Source of the DNA: Escherichia phage phi G17
Direction: 5' to 3' (one strand)
DNA: 64,000 bases
Sequence record: NC_070870.1
Part shown: positions 48,160 through 56,756 of the stretch, in pieces
How positions within the stretch are numbered: the stretch's first letter is position 1
Layout of the letters: each line of letters opens with the position of its first letter
Position numbers and translations under genes: made by a program
The notes under the pieces: model-generated
What the model saw: only the letters and a program-made list of their open reading frames with translations
The model's database searches: none
What the model was told of the DNA's origin: nothing

Positions 48160-49401
48160 TTAGATTTCCTCTTTGTATGACATGCCTAAGTTGGCAGCGA
48201 AGCCCATATTATTGAACTGAAGGTTAATGTTACCACCAACTGGTTGCATATCCACAACGTCGGGTGATGCCAGCATTACTGTAGTTAGGGAGAGGCTATC
48301 AGCCAGTATCTGTACATTTGACAGAGTACAATTCTCATTTGATGAGATTCTGATTGAGTGGTAATACGCACCACTCGCAGAAGATTCAATCATTACTTCT
48401 TGGTCTGTTATTGGTCCCATCAGGATATGTGTACGAGATGCCCCATTAGGACTCATAAACTTAATAACCATAGAACCTGCTTGAGAAAGGGTAGTTGTGA
48501 ACCGGATGGCATTGTACTTACTAGAATCAGTTGCTCCACCCGGATAGGTTAATTCCAGGTATTCATTAGCATCATCATTACCACCGGTATACGTAGCAGT
48601 ACCTGCTGAGTAAGTCCAGGTAGCTTTAGAAGCAGAAGCTGTAGGAGTAGCTGGAGTACCTCCCATAATGCGTTTATAAGCTAGCAGGTCTACTGGAGTA
48701 CCACTGGTTCCAACGTAGTCCTTAAAGCCTCTGTAACCTATCAGGAAGCGTAAATACTTCTGCTCAGGTAATTGCTCAAACTTCAGGGAAAACACACTGG
48801 AGTTCTCTGTATTGGATACAAACTCTGCATCCACAACAGGATGTTCTTTATCAATGATACGACCAATCAGTGGTGTAATTGGTTCATCTGCTTCCACTAT
48901 AAGGTCTGCCTCTTCCAGAGTGAGGTTGGAACCAATGAAGATAGCTGCCCAGCATACCCAGTCATTAGCCTGAGTATAGTAAGCCAACTGGAGAGGCTCA
49001 CCTCCATGCGTTGCACGTAATCCTTGTAAACCTTGGCTCATTTCTTTACGACCTGTAACCATAAGGATGCAGTTCGGATAGGCCATAGTGTAAGGCACAG
49101 TGTATGAGGTCAGTCTGCTCTCGCTGGTATTGAAATCCATTGGACCTGGTTCCAGTGGCTCAGGGCCAGATTGAATCATACGGATAGGATAGTTCATTGC
49201 ATCATCTTGCCCATCTCTGTACAGGAGGTCTTGAACGTGATGGAACATGACATGGTTAAGCGGATTGCCTAAAATATCTTGTCCTTCTTCATGATGGTAT
49301 TCCCCAATAGGTACATACCCATCAAGACCGGCATTCACCTCATAGGGAACTACGGCTATAGCTTTAGGCTTATCTGATTTAAACACTTTACGGTTTGGCA
49401 T
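48160..49401 (-). CDS. Hypothetical protein (413 aa), T/S/G-rich beta-rich C-terminal half
   Basis: ORF with GAGGG upstream; stop abuts next start. Confidence 0.5.
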   Translation of the reverse strand: MPNRKVFKSDKPKAIAVVPYEVNAGLDGYVPIGEYHHEEGQDILGNPLNHVMFHHVQDLLYRDGQDDAMNYPIRMIQSGPEPLEPGPMDFNTSESRLTSYTVPYTMAYPNCILMVTGRKEMSQGLQGLRATHGGEPLQLAYYTQANDWVCWAAIFIGSNLTLEEADLIVEADEPITPLIGRIIDKEHPVVDAEFVSNTENSSVFSLKFEQLPEQKYLRFLIGYRGFKDYVGTSGTPVDLLAYKRIMGGTPATPTASASKATWTYSAGTATYTGGNDDANEYLELTYPGGATDSSKYNAIRFTTTLSQAGSMVIKFMSPNGASRTHILMGPITDQEVMIESSASGAYYHSIRISSNENCTLSNVQILADSLSLTTVMLASPDVVDMQPVGGNINLQFNNMGFAANLGMSYKEEI

Positions 49402-49448
49402 ACTTCGTACCCTCTTTTAGTTGTATATGCACGAGAGAGTATACAGTG

Positions 49449-49485
49449 GAAATAAAAAAGCCCCACACTGTTTAGGTGTGAGGCT
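49449..49485 (-). terminator. Intrinsic terminator (minus strand), 10-bp stem + UUUUUAUU
   Basis: AGCCUCACAC / GUGUGGGGCU stem with one G-U pair. Confidence 0.6.
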
Positions 49486-49489
49486 AGTT

Positions 49490-49672
49490 TCAGCTGTTGA
49501 TGCAGTATATCCAGTAACCTATCCATCCTGCTAATACAAAACAAGCAGCAGAGTAAGCACCATAGTATTGCAATGGTTCCTTCTCTTCGTGTGCTTTAAC
49601 GATTGTTATCAATACAATGCCTGATAAAACTATCAGGATTACCTTAGTAATTACTTCATAAGTAAATGGCAT
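49490..49672 (-). CDS. Small membrane protein (60 aa from ATG at 49672, two TM segments)
   Basis: GGAGG upstream of ATG; hydrophobic ITKVILIVLSGIVLITIV and AACFVLAGWIGYWIY. Confidence 0.45.
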   Translation of the reverse strand: MPFTYEVITKVILIVLSGIVLITIVKAHEEKEPLQYYGAYSAACFVLAGWIGYWIYCINS

Positions 49673-49690
49673 GTTGACTACCTCCAAGCA

Positions 49691-49728
49691 AAAAATAAAA
49701 GGCCCCACTCCCGAAGGAATGAGGCCAG
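49691..49728 (-). terminator. Intrinsic terminator (minus strand), 11-bp stem with UUCG loop + UUUUAUUUUUU
   Basis: GGCCUCAUUCC-uucg-GGAGUGGGGCC. Confidence 0.65.
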
Positions 49729-49859
49729 TTTATTAACACACTTTCACAGTCCAGCCTTTGTAAGCATCTATAAAGGCAATCCAGTCATCTTCTGCCCATA
49801 GTCTAGAACAAACTCCTGGGGCTTTAAATCTATATAAACCTTGTCTATAAGCTTCTTTT

Positions 49860-51077
49860 TTAGCTAAGGGCATAATCGGTCTCCAGAATGTCTTGCCAGA
49901 GGCTGTCATCCAGCTTACCAGCAGAGAACTCTTGTCCCAGTACCTGAGACAGAATGAAGCCTAGCAAGTCACTCTTAGCAATGTCAGACAGAATCTGATT
50001 GTACTGACGACGCAAGTCATTGCCATAGTTAGGATGGCAACGGAAGCAGTCATGTACGGTCATTACAGGGAATGATTTCTTAGGCATGGTATTGAGCATA
50101 GCCATGATTACATCCGTATCAACCAATGCAATTGTTTCTGAATCCAGGTAGTCAAAGATACGAGTAGACAGGAAGCCTGACTTCTCATAGCTAGCCCACA
50201 GTGTGTTAACCATTTCATAGTTATCATCAGAACCAACCATGTAATCACTAGTTCCTTCACAGAGTGACTTAACATAGCTCACCTGGTTCATGTCGAAGTT
50301 ACAACGACGCAGCATCTCACGTACCACCATCCCATCAATAGAGTGGGTGATGTTAGCAGAGAGCATACGAGTCTTCTCTTCAGTACCCTGAACCATACGA
50401 GTGATGTCGAATGGTTTACCTAAGAAGTTAACAGTCTGTACTTCAGGAACCATGACCTTAATGACAGCATGATAGTTGTCAGGCAGTACCCATACGTATC
50501 GGTTAGCATCCGGGTTACCACATTGCAGTAAGAACTTGTTCAATGCCCAAGGCCCACTAGCAACAGTTTCCATTACATTCTCAAAAGTCTTGAGACGGAT
50601 ACCTTCTCCGAATACTTCTTTAGGCTTAGCTTCTGAGCCATAGAACGCAGTCATAACTGCCTGCTTAGTGTCACTACGTTTGATGCGAGATGCTTCGCCA
50701 AGGATATCCAGCATCTTGTGGTAGATAACTGTATAAGCATCACGGCGTAATGGCTTACCATTTTCTCCCATGTAGTTAACTACGTTACACAGTTCGGCAG
50801 CAGAACGATCACCAGTCAGACAGGCTAATAACTGTAAGCCAGATGATGTAGCATCCAGAGCTACGGTATAGCCAATAGGCTTACCTGCTTTCATATCTTT
50901 CCATGCGTTTACACCTGCATAGAACAGTGCAGATTCTTCAGCCTCATCTACCAGATTAAGCAGATTAGCTTCATTCTCATCGAACCAGCTAATACGTTCA
51001 TCCCATGTCTTCTTATCTAAGCCATAGTTGTTAGCAATATCTACTTTCAGGTATTCACGGGCAGTTAACAGTTGCAT
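49860..51077 (-). CDS. T7-like single-subunit RNA polymerase, catalytic (C-terminal) subunit; N4 RNAP II large-subunit-like (405 aa)
   Basis: ALDATSSGLQLLA (motif A, compare DGSCSGIQH), RSDTKQAVMTAFYGS (motif B, compare RSVTKRSVMTLAYGS), VMTVHDCF (motif C). Confidence 0.85.
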   Translation of the reverse strand: MQLLTAREYLKVDIANNYGLDKKTWDERISWFDENEANLLNLVDEAEESALFYAGVNAWKDMKAGKPIGYTVALDATSSGLQLLACLTGDRSAAELCNVVNYMGENGKPLRRDAYTVIYHKMLDILGEASRIKRSDTKQAVMTAFYGSEAKPKEVFGEGIRLKTFENVMETVASGPWALNKFLLQCGNPDANRYVWVLPDNYHAVIKVMVPEVQTVNFLGKPFDITRMVQGTEEKTRMLSANITHSIDGMVVREMLRRCNFDMNQVSYVKSLCEGTSDYMVGSDDNYEMVNTLWASYEKSGFLSTRIFDYLDSETIALVDTDVIMAMLNTMPKKSFPVMTVHDCFRCHPNYGNDLRRQYNQILSDIAKSDLLGFILSQVLGQEFSAGKLDDSLWQDILETDYALS

Positions 51078-51132
51078 TTTATGTTCCTTAGCGTCTTGAG
51101 CCTATTGGCTCGCATAGTGGATTAATAAGTGG

Positions 51133-51951
51133 TTAGTCTTCGTTTACTAATTCTTTATCAGCGAACTCCAGTACAGCTTTGTTGTAACTGGTTCCTTGAT
51201 AGTTGATGTGATAGCCCTGAGCGTAAGTACGCCCACGTTTATCGAATTTGTGACCTAGTGAGAAGTTATTACCCTCTTGGGTCACTAACTCCATTACTTC
51301 CTTAGCAGTACGGCTGTACTTCTCAAAGGCTTTGACACGTTTCTCATAGTCCTGACGGGTTTCACCCTCTTTAGGTTTATCCATGTTAGGACGGGAGTCT
51401 TTTACATAGTTAGCAACGTCCCAGTTAATACAGAGACGTTGGTTGTTCATACGGTTGATGTGGTCAAGACAGACATCCATCTCATGATGGTTCTTCTTGA
51501 GGATGATTGAGCCTTTGGACTCATAGTAACCAGTATCCCGGTTAGTCAGGACAGGCTTAGGTTTACTTACGATAGGCAATGGATACTGGAATGCCTCCAG
51601 TTCCATCTGAACATCTTCACTAATCTCATAGATAACACCGAACTTGTCGATGGTAGGGTCATAGTTGAAGCAGTCATTCTCTGCCATCTTATACAGACAG
51701 TCAGCGATATACTGAGCATCATCTGAGTGACTCATGAGAGAGCCAATCATAGTCTGAATGTCAGCACGTTTATGTAGGGCAATCTGCACCATTGCATCAA
51801 TGAGCAGCTTATAATCAATTTCCAGGTAGGCAGCGAATGCCTTAAAGTCAATTTCTTTGGATTCCTCGAACTCTTTCCTCATGCGAGGCAAAAGTTGATT
51901 CTTATTAAATAGTTTTTCGAGGGTTTTCTGGTGCTCAATGGATGCGTACAT
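51133..51951 (-). CDS. T7-like RNA polymerase N-terminal-half homolog; RNAP II small-subunit-like (272 aa)
   Basis: HKFDKRGRTYAQG resembles the T7 RNAP DWRGRVYA motif; directly upstream of the catalytic subunit. Confidence 0.75.
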   Translation of the reverse strand: MYASIEHQKTLEKLFNKNQLLPRMRKEFEESKEIDFKAFAAYLEIDYKLLIDAMVQIALHKRADIQTMIGSLMSHSDDAQYIADCLYKMAENDCFNYDPTIDKFGVIYEISEDVQMELEAFQYPLPIVSKPKPVLTNRDTGYYESKGSIILKKNHHEMDVCLDHINRMNNQRLCINWDVANYVKDSRPNMDKPKEGETRQDYEKRVKAFEKYSRTAKEVMELVTQEGNNFSLGHKFDKRGRTYAQGYHINYQGTSYNKAVLEFADKELVNED

Positions 51952-52001
51952 AGCTTCTTTCCTTTAATGAGTTAATTACCACAAGGTGCGGAGCACCCTT
52001 C

Positions 52002-52349
52002 TTATGACCAGTAGTTGTAATCGTCACCTAAGTACGGTTTCCATTGTTCAGGGAGCAGTACATTACCGGTGACATTAATGAATTGATGTGGAAGTAGGTC
52101 TTCCGAGATTGCTACTTTGAAATCCCATTGAGGATTCATAGAGGCATAAGCAATAAATCCATTAATGAATTTCTGCACATCCTCTTGGTTCAATAAACCA
52201 TCACGACCTTGCGTAGGAATAGCAAAGCTATTTCCGTATTGACCATAGGCCATACCCCAACGAGCACCATGCTTCTTATAAGCCAGCTTGGCTGAGTCAG
52301 ATGAGTGCTGGCCCATAAAGTTAGATGTGAATACGAATATCTCTTTCAT
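52002..52349 (-). CDS. Hypothetical protein (115 aa)
   Basis: ORF. Confidence 0.45.
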   Translation of the reverse strand: MKEIFVFTSNFMGQHSSDSAKLAYKKHGARWGMAYGQYGNSFAIPTQGRDGLLNQEDVQKFINGFIAYASMNPQWDFKVAISEDLLPHQFINVTGNVLLPEQWKPYLGDDYNYWS

Positions 52350-52353
52350 GTTA

Positions 52354-52674
52354 TTAACCCTTTGGTTTAAGTACTTGGAATGCGAATACAGGACGTTTAC
52401 TACGCCATTGGTTCATAGCTAGTTCACTGGTATGTGAGCCGTCATGTAAGTCGTATATGAATGTAATCATATATTCTGGTTCTTCTGGGAAGTTCTCTGT
52501 AGAGAATGGAAGACCAGCTTCCTTTAATACAGGAACCAGTGGTGATTCAGCTACGCAGTAGATAATGAACTCTTCACTGAATGCTTTACTACTCTGAGAT
52601 ACGTAATCAATATTACGCATCATCTTATCGACATCAGTAAATGTATTATCATGTACTACTACAATGCTATTCAT
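52354..52674 (-). CDS. Hypothetical protein (106 aa)
   Basis: ORF. Confidence 0.45.
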   Translation of the reverse strand: MNSIVVVHDNTFTDVDKMMRNIDYVSQSSKAFSEEFIIYCVAESPLVPVLKEAGLPFSTENFPEEPEYMITFIYDLHDGSHTSELAMNQWRSKRPVFAFQVLKPKG

Positions 52675-52928
52675 ACTTTCTCCAGTGTACTGTAGATTGA
52701 ATCTTTAGTGGGTTTATAGTGCGTATTAAGCCCTATATCTTCTTGCTTACCTTTCTTACTAACCCATATTCCATGGTCAGTTAGTTTAGGTTTATGACTG
52801 AATCCAATTAAGGTTGAACTCTTAGTAAATGTATTTGGAAGCAAAGCAATGTAATTAACCCATAAAGGGACATCGACAGTGCTTCCCATATATTCAACCA
52901 TCTTGTGAGTAGGATAGGTAATAATCAC
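52671..52928 (-). CDS. Hypothetical protein (85 aa)
   Basis: ORF with overlapping stop/start. Confidence 0.4.
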   Translation of the reverse strand: MIITYPTHKMVEYMGSTVDVPLWVNYIALLPNTFTKSSTLIGFSHKPKLTDHGIWVSKKGKQEDIGLNTHYKPTKDSIYSTLEKV

Positions 52929-53146
52929 TTCTGGTATCCTTGTATATAGTTAATACGACGAATACGTTGAGTAGATGCCTTAACAGCCATCTGTTGATTC
53001 TCTTCTTTGTGCTGATTTTCCAGCACCTTAGCCCATTCTTCCTGGTTCCGTTGTTTCTGTAATATACGACTACAACGTTTATGATTGGCAACTCCACGTC
53101 CTTTCTTACAGACTGGGCAAATACCATAATCGCTTGTGTACATCAT
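52925..53146 (-). CDS. Small Cys-containing protein (73 aa), possible zinc-ribbon
   Basis: CPVCKK...HKRC; chosen over overlapping 77-aa frame. Confidence 0.4.
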   Translation of the reverse strand: MMYTSDYGICPVCKKGRGVANHKRCSRILQKQRNQEEWAKVLENQHKEENQQMAVKASTQRIRRINYIQGYQK

Positions 53147-53451
53147 TGGCTTAAAGCCTCCATTAATATTTTACGAATAACGTTAACATCAGATTCAGTA
53201 CCAATTAAACCAACAGGTTTCTTAGTACCATCAGTGACAAAGGATGCAATCCTTTCCATCTCTGCTGTAATTAATTTGTCACCACTAATAAGACGATTAC
53301 GAAGGTAAGCTTCATAAGCTACCTCTACATCTTCTACCGTGGTTCTTTCATTACGAGTGAATGGATTACTTAATGGGAAGGGTAAATGTACCCGTATATT
53401 CCTGTCAGCTACCTTAGCTAGGTGAGGAAGTATACATACTATTTCATTCAA
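53143..53451 (-). CDS. Hypothetical protein (102 aa, TTG start)
   Basis: AGGAG 8 nt upstream of TTG. Confidence 0.4.
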   Translation of the reverse strand: MNEIVCILPHLAKVADRNIRVHLPFPLSNPFTRNERTTVEDVEVAYEAYLRNRLISGDKLITAEMERIASFVTDGTKKPVGLIGTESDVNVIRKILMEALSQ

Positions 53452-53488
53452 GGTTCTTTCTCCTATTTAAATACATATCTAACTATTC

Positions 53489-53527
53489 AAAAATAAAAAA
53501 TAGGAGCCTCCTATTGGAGGACTCCTA
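53489..53527 (-). terminator. Intrinsic terminator (minus strand), bulged double stem + UUUUUUAUUUUU
   Basis: UAGGAG-u-CCUCC-aaua-GGAGG-CUCCUA. Confidence 0.6.
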
Positions 53528-53584
53528 GTTCTACTAATGCACCATAGGTTAACAGTGCACACATAATTAATGTTATAGGCCAAT

Positions 53585-53797
53585 TCATATAAATGGGTAT
53601 AGGTAGTTGACTACACAATAATATACGAACCATAAACCATAGCCTATGCTCAATCCCTTAGTTAATGCAGTAACATAACCAAATATTGCAAAACCTCTGG
53701 CATCATTATTAGTAACAAAGGTTTTAGTGATATTACCAGCTGCATTAGTGAGCCAAACGTTCAGGTATAGTAATACTATAAAGATTATAAAGTACAT
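53585..53797 (-). CDS. Small membrane protein (70 aa)
   Basis: Hydrophobic FIIFIVLLYLNVWL and LSIGYGLWFVYYCVV. Confidence 0.45.
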   Translation of the reverse strand: MYFIIFIVLLYLNVWLTNAAGNITKTFVTNNDARGFAIFGYVTALTKGLSIGYGLWFVYYCVVNYLYPFI

Positions 53798-53799
53798 TA

Positions 53800-53931
53800 T
53801 TAATTTCCTAAGATTGGATGATTGAAGGTAACAATCTTACGTACTGGTTCAGTTGTCTGTTGCTTAGCAGCCAGACGCTCTTTCATCTTTTGTACGTCAG
53901 CTTTGGTTCCCATGATTAATGACTTACGCAT
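53800..53931 (-). CDS. Possible small ORF (43 aa), below the 60-aa ORF track threshold
   Basis: ATG overlaps stop of upstream small ORF (ATGCGTAA); translated by hand. Confidence 0.25.
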   Translation of the reverse strand: MRKSLIMGTKADVQKMKERLAAKQQTTEPVRKIVTFNHPILGN

Positions 53932-54094
53932 GTTTGGTACTCCACATAAAGTTAAAAGGTTTATTGTTACGTACAATTCTTACAGCCATTTGATGACCAT
54001 TGATTTGCACAACACCATAGTGTCGTTTCTGGTCACCAGTGTGATATCTACGATAGATACACTCTTCAATGGCATCCTCAATGTTAGTGAACAT
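53924..54094 (-). CDS. Possible small ORF (56 aa), below the ORF track threshold
   Basis: ATG overlaps upstream stop (ATGA); translated by hand as MFTNIEDAIEECIYRRYHTGDQ... Confidence 0.3.
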   Translation of the reverse strand: MFTNIEDAIEECIYRRYHTGDQKRHYGVVQINGHQMAVRIVRNNKPFNFMWSTKHA

Positions 54095-54336
54095 CACTGG
54101 TTCCTCTTTGCATAGTCTTCTGCTTCTTTAGCCCAGAGTTGCTTACGAACTTCTTTGGCTATGATGGAAGCAAACAGACACTTAACGAATACAACTGGTA
54201 ACTTAACAATGAGGATAGTCTTAGTGACTACCCACTTAACTAATTTCAGTGCAATGAATCTCACTCGGTAAGCCACATAGAAGATGAACAACCATGTAGC
54301 AACAGAGATTAAATAGCCTAATTCGTATACAGACAT
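54094..54336 (-). CDS. Small membrane protein (80 aa)
   Basis: Hydrophobic LISVATWLFIFYVAY. Confidence 0.45.
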   Translation of the reverse strand: MSVYELGYLISVATWLFIFYVAYRVRFIALKLVKWVVTKTILIVKLPVVFVKCLFASIIAKEVRKQLWAKEAEDYAKRNQ

Positions 54337-54439
54337 AGTACATATCCTCTTCTAATATAAATCTATATCTAACTGGTTACTGTTTCAGTACCCTTCGTCT
54401 AAAGATACTCAAAAAGTAGAAATAGCTTATCGCATAGTT

Positions 54440-54469
54440 AAAAATAAAAGGACTACCCGAAGGTAGTCC
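54440..54469 (-). terminator. Intrinsic terminator (minus strand) GGACTACC-ttcg-GGTAGTCC + TTTTATTTTT
   Basis: 8-bp stem, UUCG loop, T-run. Confidence 0.65.
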
Positions 54470-54478
54470 AGTTGTTGA

Positions 54479-54862
54479 TTAGAAAGTCAGTTTACGAGCA
54501 TATTTATTCTCGTCTGCTGGGATGTCAGCAGCCTCTGCTTTCACACGACGAAGTTGAACTTGCAGGTTAATGATACCTTCTTCACCTGGTTCCAGGTTCT
54601 GAGCATATTCGATTAACTGTTCCAGCAAATCGTTCTGTGCACAACGCATAGCACGGAAGTCAGCATTGCTGCTGTTAGTAGGCAGTGCTTCCTGAGTATC
54701 CAGTGGAATACCAGTAGGCAGAGAGATGAACTTCTCTTCTTCAGAGCCTTCGTTAGCAACATAACCAATGTTCAACCAGAACTGAGCCTTAGGCTTAGCA
54801 GCTTTAGTTTCAGTGGTAGCAGCAGCGTTAGATTGACCGAAAGTGAATTTTTGAATAGACAT
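54479..54862 (-). CDS. Hypothetical early protein (127 aa from ATG at 54862; track start 54961 is GTG)
   Basis: GGAGAG upstream of ATG. Confidence 0.45.
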   Translation of the reverse strand: MSIQKFTFGQSNAAATTETKAAKPKAQFWLNIGYVANEGSEEEKFISLPTGIPLDTQEALPTNSSNADFRAMRCAQNDLLEQLIEYAQNLEPGEEGIINLQVQLRRVKAEAADIPADENKYARKLTF

Positions 54863-54992
54863 TTTGTACTCTCCAGATAAATGATTGTTTGATTTATGGG
54901 TTTGTCTGTCGGTGACTAAACCCAAGAAAAGACTTAAGATTTCAATGATTAGTGGATTCACATGAATCCTTTAGACGCGGAGCGTCTGGTTT

Positions 54993-55286
54993 TTAAGACA
55001 AGCGTTTAAGCAACTCTGCTCTAGCAGATTCGTAGTCAGAACTATTCTGTCTTACTGCATCTTCGAAGCGAGCCAGTAGTTCTTCCTTATCAGGACCAAC
55101 AAGTTCTTCCCATTGCCATACATAACCAGTTAATGGAACAAGTTCTCCTTTCTGGAAGTAAGGATATTGTCCAAGTAGAACAGTAGAATCTTTAGTGAGA
55201 ACTATCGTTTCTCCACTAAGTTCTCCTTCAATAATTGTTCCAACAGGAAGTTCAGAATTGCCTTTGATACAACGGAATTTAGTCAT
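54993..55286 (-). CDS. Hypothetical early protein (97 aa)
   Basis: ORF. Confidence 0.45.
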   Translation of the reverse strand: MTKFRCIKGNSELPVGTIIEGELSGETIVLTKDSTVLLGQYPYFQKGELVPLTGYVWQWEELVGPDKEELLARFEDAVRQNSSDYESARAELLKRLS

Positions 55287-55376
55287 GATTTTCTATCCTT
55301 AAAGTAGATAAATATCTACTTAGACTATCTATCTAATCTTTATAAAAGGAGACTCCGAAGAGCCTCCTATATTGAT

Positions 55377-55700
55377 TTAGTCTTTAGTCAGGATGTCGAT
55401 TACTTTTGAATATTCTGCGTTATAGATACGAGCGTTCTCAGAATCTTTGCAGAATTCTTCGATACTTTTCTTACGCAGAGTTTCGTTCATAGCTGTTTCT
55501 TCAGCTAATTTGTTTACGAATGTATGCATTTCTAATTTAGTACGGATGGCTTGTTTCTCAGCCATAGTAGATACATATGAGTTAAGCATACCAACTGCTT
55601 TAGTAGCTGTGCCGAATGTATCAGCAACAGTAGTAGCAGCAGAGTTAACAGTACCAAGTAAAGTTCCTGCGGTCATACGTACAGTAGCGGTAGTAGTCAT
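55377..55700 (-). CDS. Hypothetical early protein (107 aa)
   Basis: GGAG 8 nt upstream of ATG. Confidence 0.5.
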   Translation of the reverse strand: MTTTATVRMTAGTLLGTVNSAATTVADTFGTATKAVGMLNSYVSTMAEKQAIRTKLEMHTFVNKLAEETAMNETLRKKSIEEFCKDSENARIYNAEYSKVIDILTKD

Positions 55701-55849
55701 GATGATAGCTCCAAGGTTAGATGATAGGACGACATGTCCATAACATGCGGAGCATGTGTAACGTGTAAGGTGGGGTAGGGCAGTGGCTACACGGTCAACA
55801 TACCGGGGGGGATGGTTGAGTGTAAGGGTGTAGCCCCAGCCACACCACT

Positions 55850-55900
55850 ACAGCTATACATAGCTATCAATATTTTGATATGCAAAAATATCATAGCTAT
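55850..55900. promoter_or_regulatory. Candidate operator/promoter element: direct repeats of CATAGCTATC flanking an AT-rich inverted repeat
   Basis: CATAGCTATC-aatattttgatatgcaaaaatat-CATAGCTATC read directly from plus strand; in 205-bp gap between early genes. Confidence 0.35.
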
Positions 55901-55905
55901 CTCAC

Positions 55906-56193
55906 TTATAAGCAGTTAAATAGGAGGTGAGGGGTTTGGTAGCTATCTGTATTCACATGCCACGGGGAGGACATGCTTCCCTCCCACGGGAGTACCTTTC
56001 CTGGTTCAAGTACCCTTACTATAAGTTTCTTACCTGCTATCAGTGCCAAGCCTTGTAACTCATGAAGGGTATCTTCATCGGGGACCAGAACCAGTGTGGC
56101 TTTAGCTAGCTTTAGATCTTGGAAGTCTATCTGTCTTTTTACAGAGTCGGGTCTATACCCTTTAAGAGGAATACGCGTGATAATCATAGTCAT
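55906..56193 (-). CDS. Small early protein, member of the tandem paralog family (95 aa)
   Basis: Shares LVLVPDEDTLHELQGLALIAG core with neighbours. Confidence 0.45.
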   Translation of the reverse strand: MTMIITRIPLKGYRPDSVKRQIDFQDLKLAKATLVLVPDEDTLHELQGLALIAGKKLIVRVLEPGKVLPWEGSMSSPWHVNTDSYQTPHLLFNCL

Positions 56194-56552
56194 ACGCCGT
56201 AGTCTATCTTAACCAATCTGCCTTTGTAGTAGCCAAAGTTCTTGGGAAAGGCATCATATTCGTAGAACTCTCTGGATAACTCACAAGAGTGGTATAGGGA
56301 TTCTAACTCACACCAGAATAACCCCTCATTGTTAACTTTACTGGCTCTAGCCATGACAACCAGTAGGCCAAATCTATTCGAGTAATGGATTGGACATAGA
56401 TGCTTGTCTGGGTAATCTTTCCATTGACCCTCTGTAAGGTTGCTAAGCATACCCTGTACAAAGGTCTTCCATGTCTTGGGGATAGGGAACTTAATAGCAT
56501 ACTTACGTGTTAATAGTACCCATCTGGTTCCACCTGATTTAATCAGTCTCAT
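56190..56552 (-). CDS. Hypothetical early protein (120 aa)
   Basis: ORF. Confidence 0.4.
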   Translation of the reverse strand: MRLIKSGGTRWVLLTRKYAIKFPIPKTWKTFVQGMLSNLTEGQWKDYPDKHLCPIHYSNRFGLLVVMARASKVNNEGLFWCELESLYHSCELSREFYEYDAFPKNFGYYKGRLVKIDYGV

Positions 56553-56756
56553 GGTTTTAGTAACCTCAGTATAAGTTTAAACATTACCAGTTCTATAAGA
56601 TGGTGCTTTGGTGATTATACGGATAGTTCTGAAGGAGTTACCTTCTCTTACCGTACCGGTCGGAAGTACACGGTAACTTTATTCCGGGACATTAAACCCC
56701 AGCGTGGGTTGAATATTTCCTGGGTAGATACCCCTCCTTCAAACATCATGAATAGT

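Noticed and set aside
53822-54115. 97-aa plus-strand ORF in the early region
   Set aside because: It is antisense to two hand-translated, translationally coupled minus-strand small ORFs and sits in a uniformly minus-strand module.
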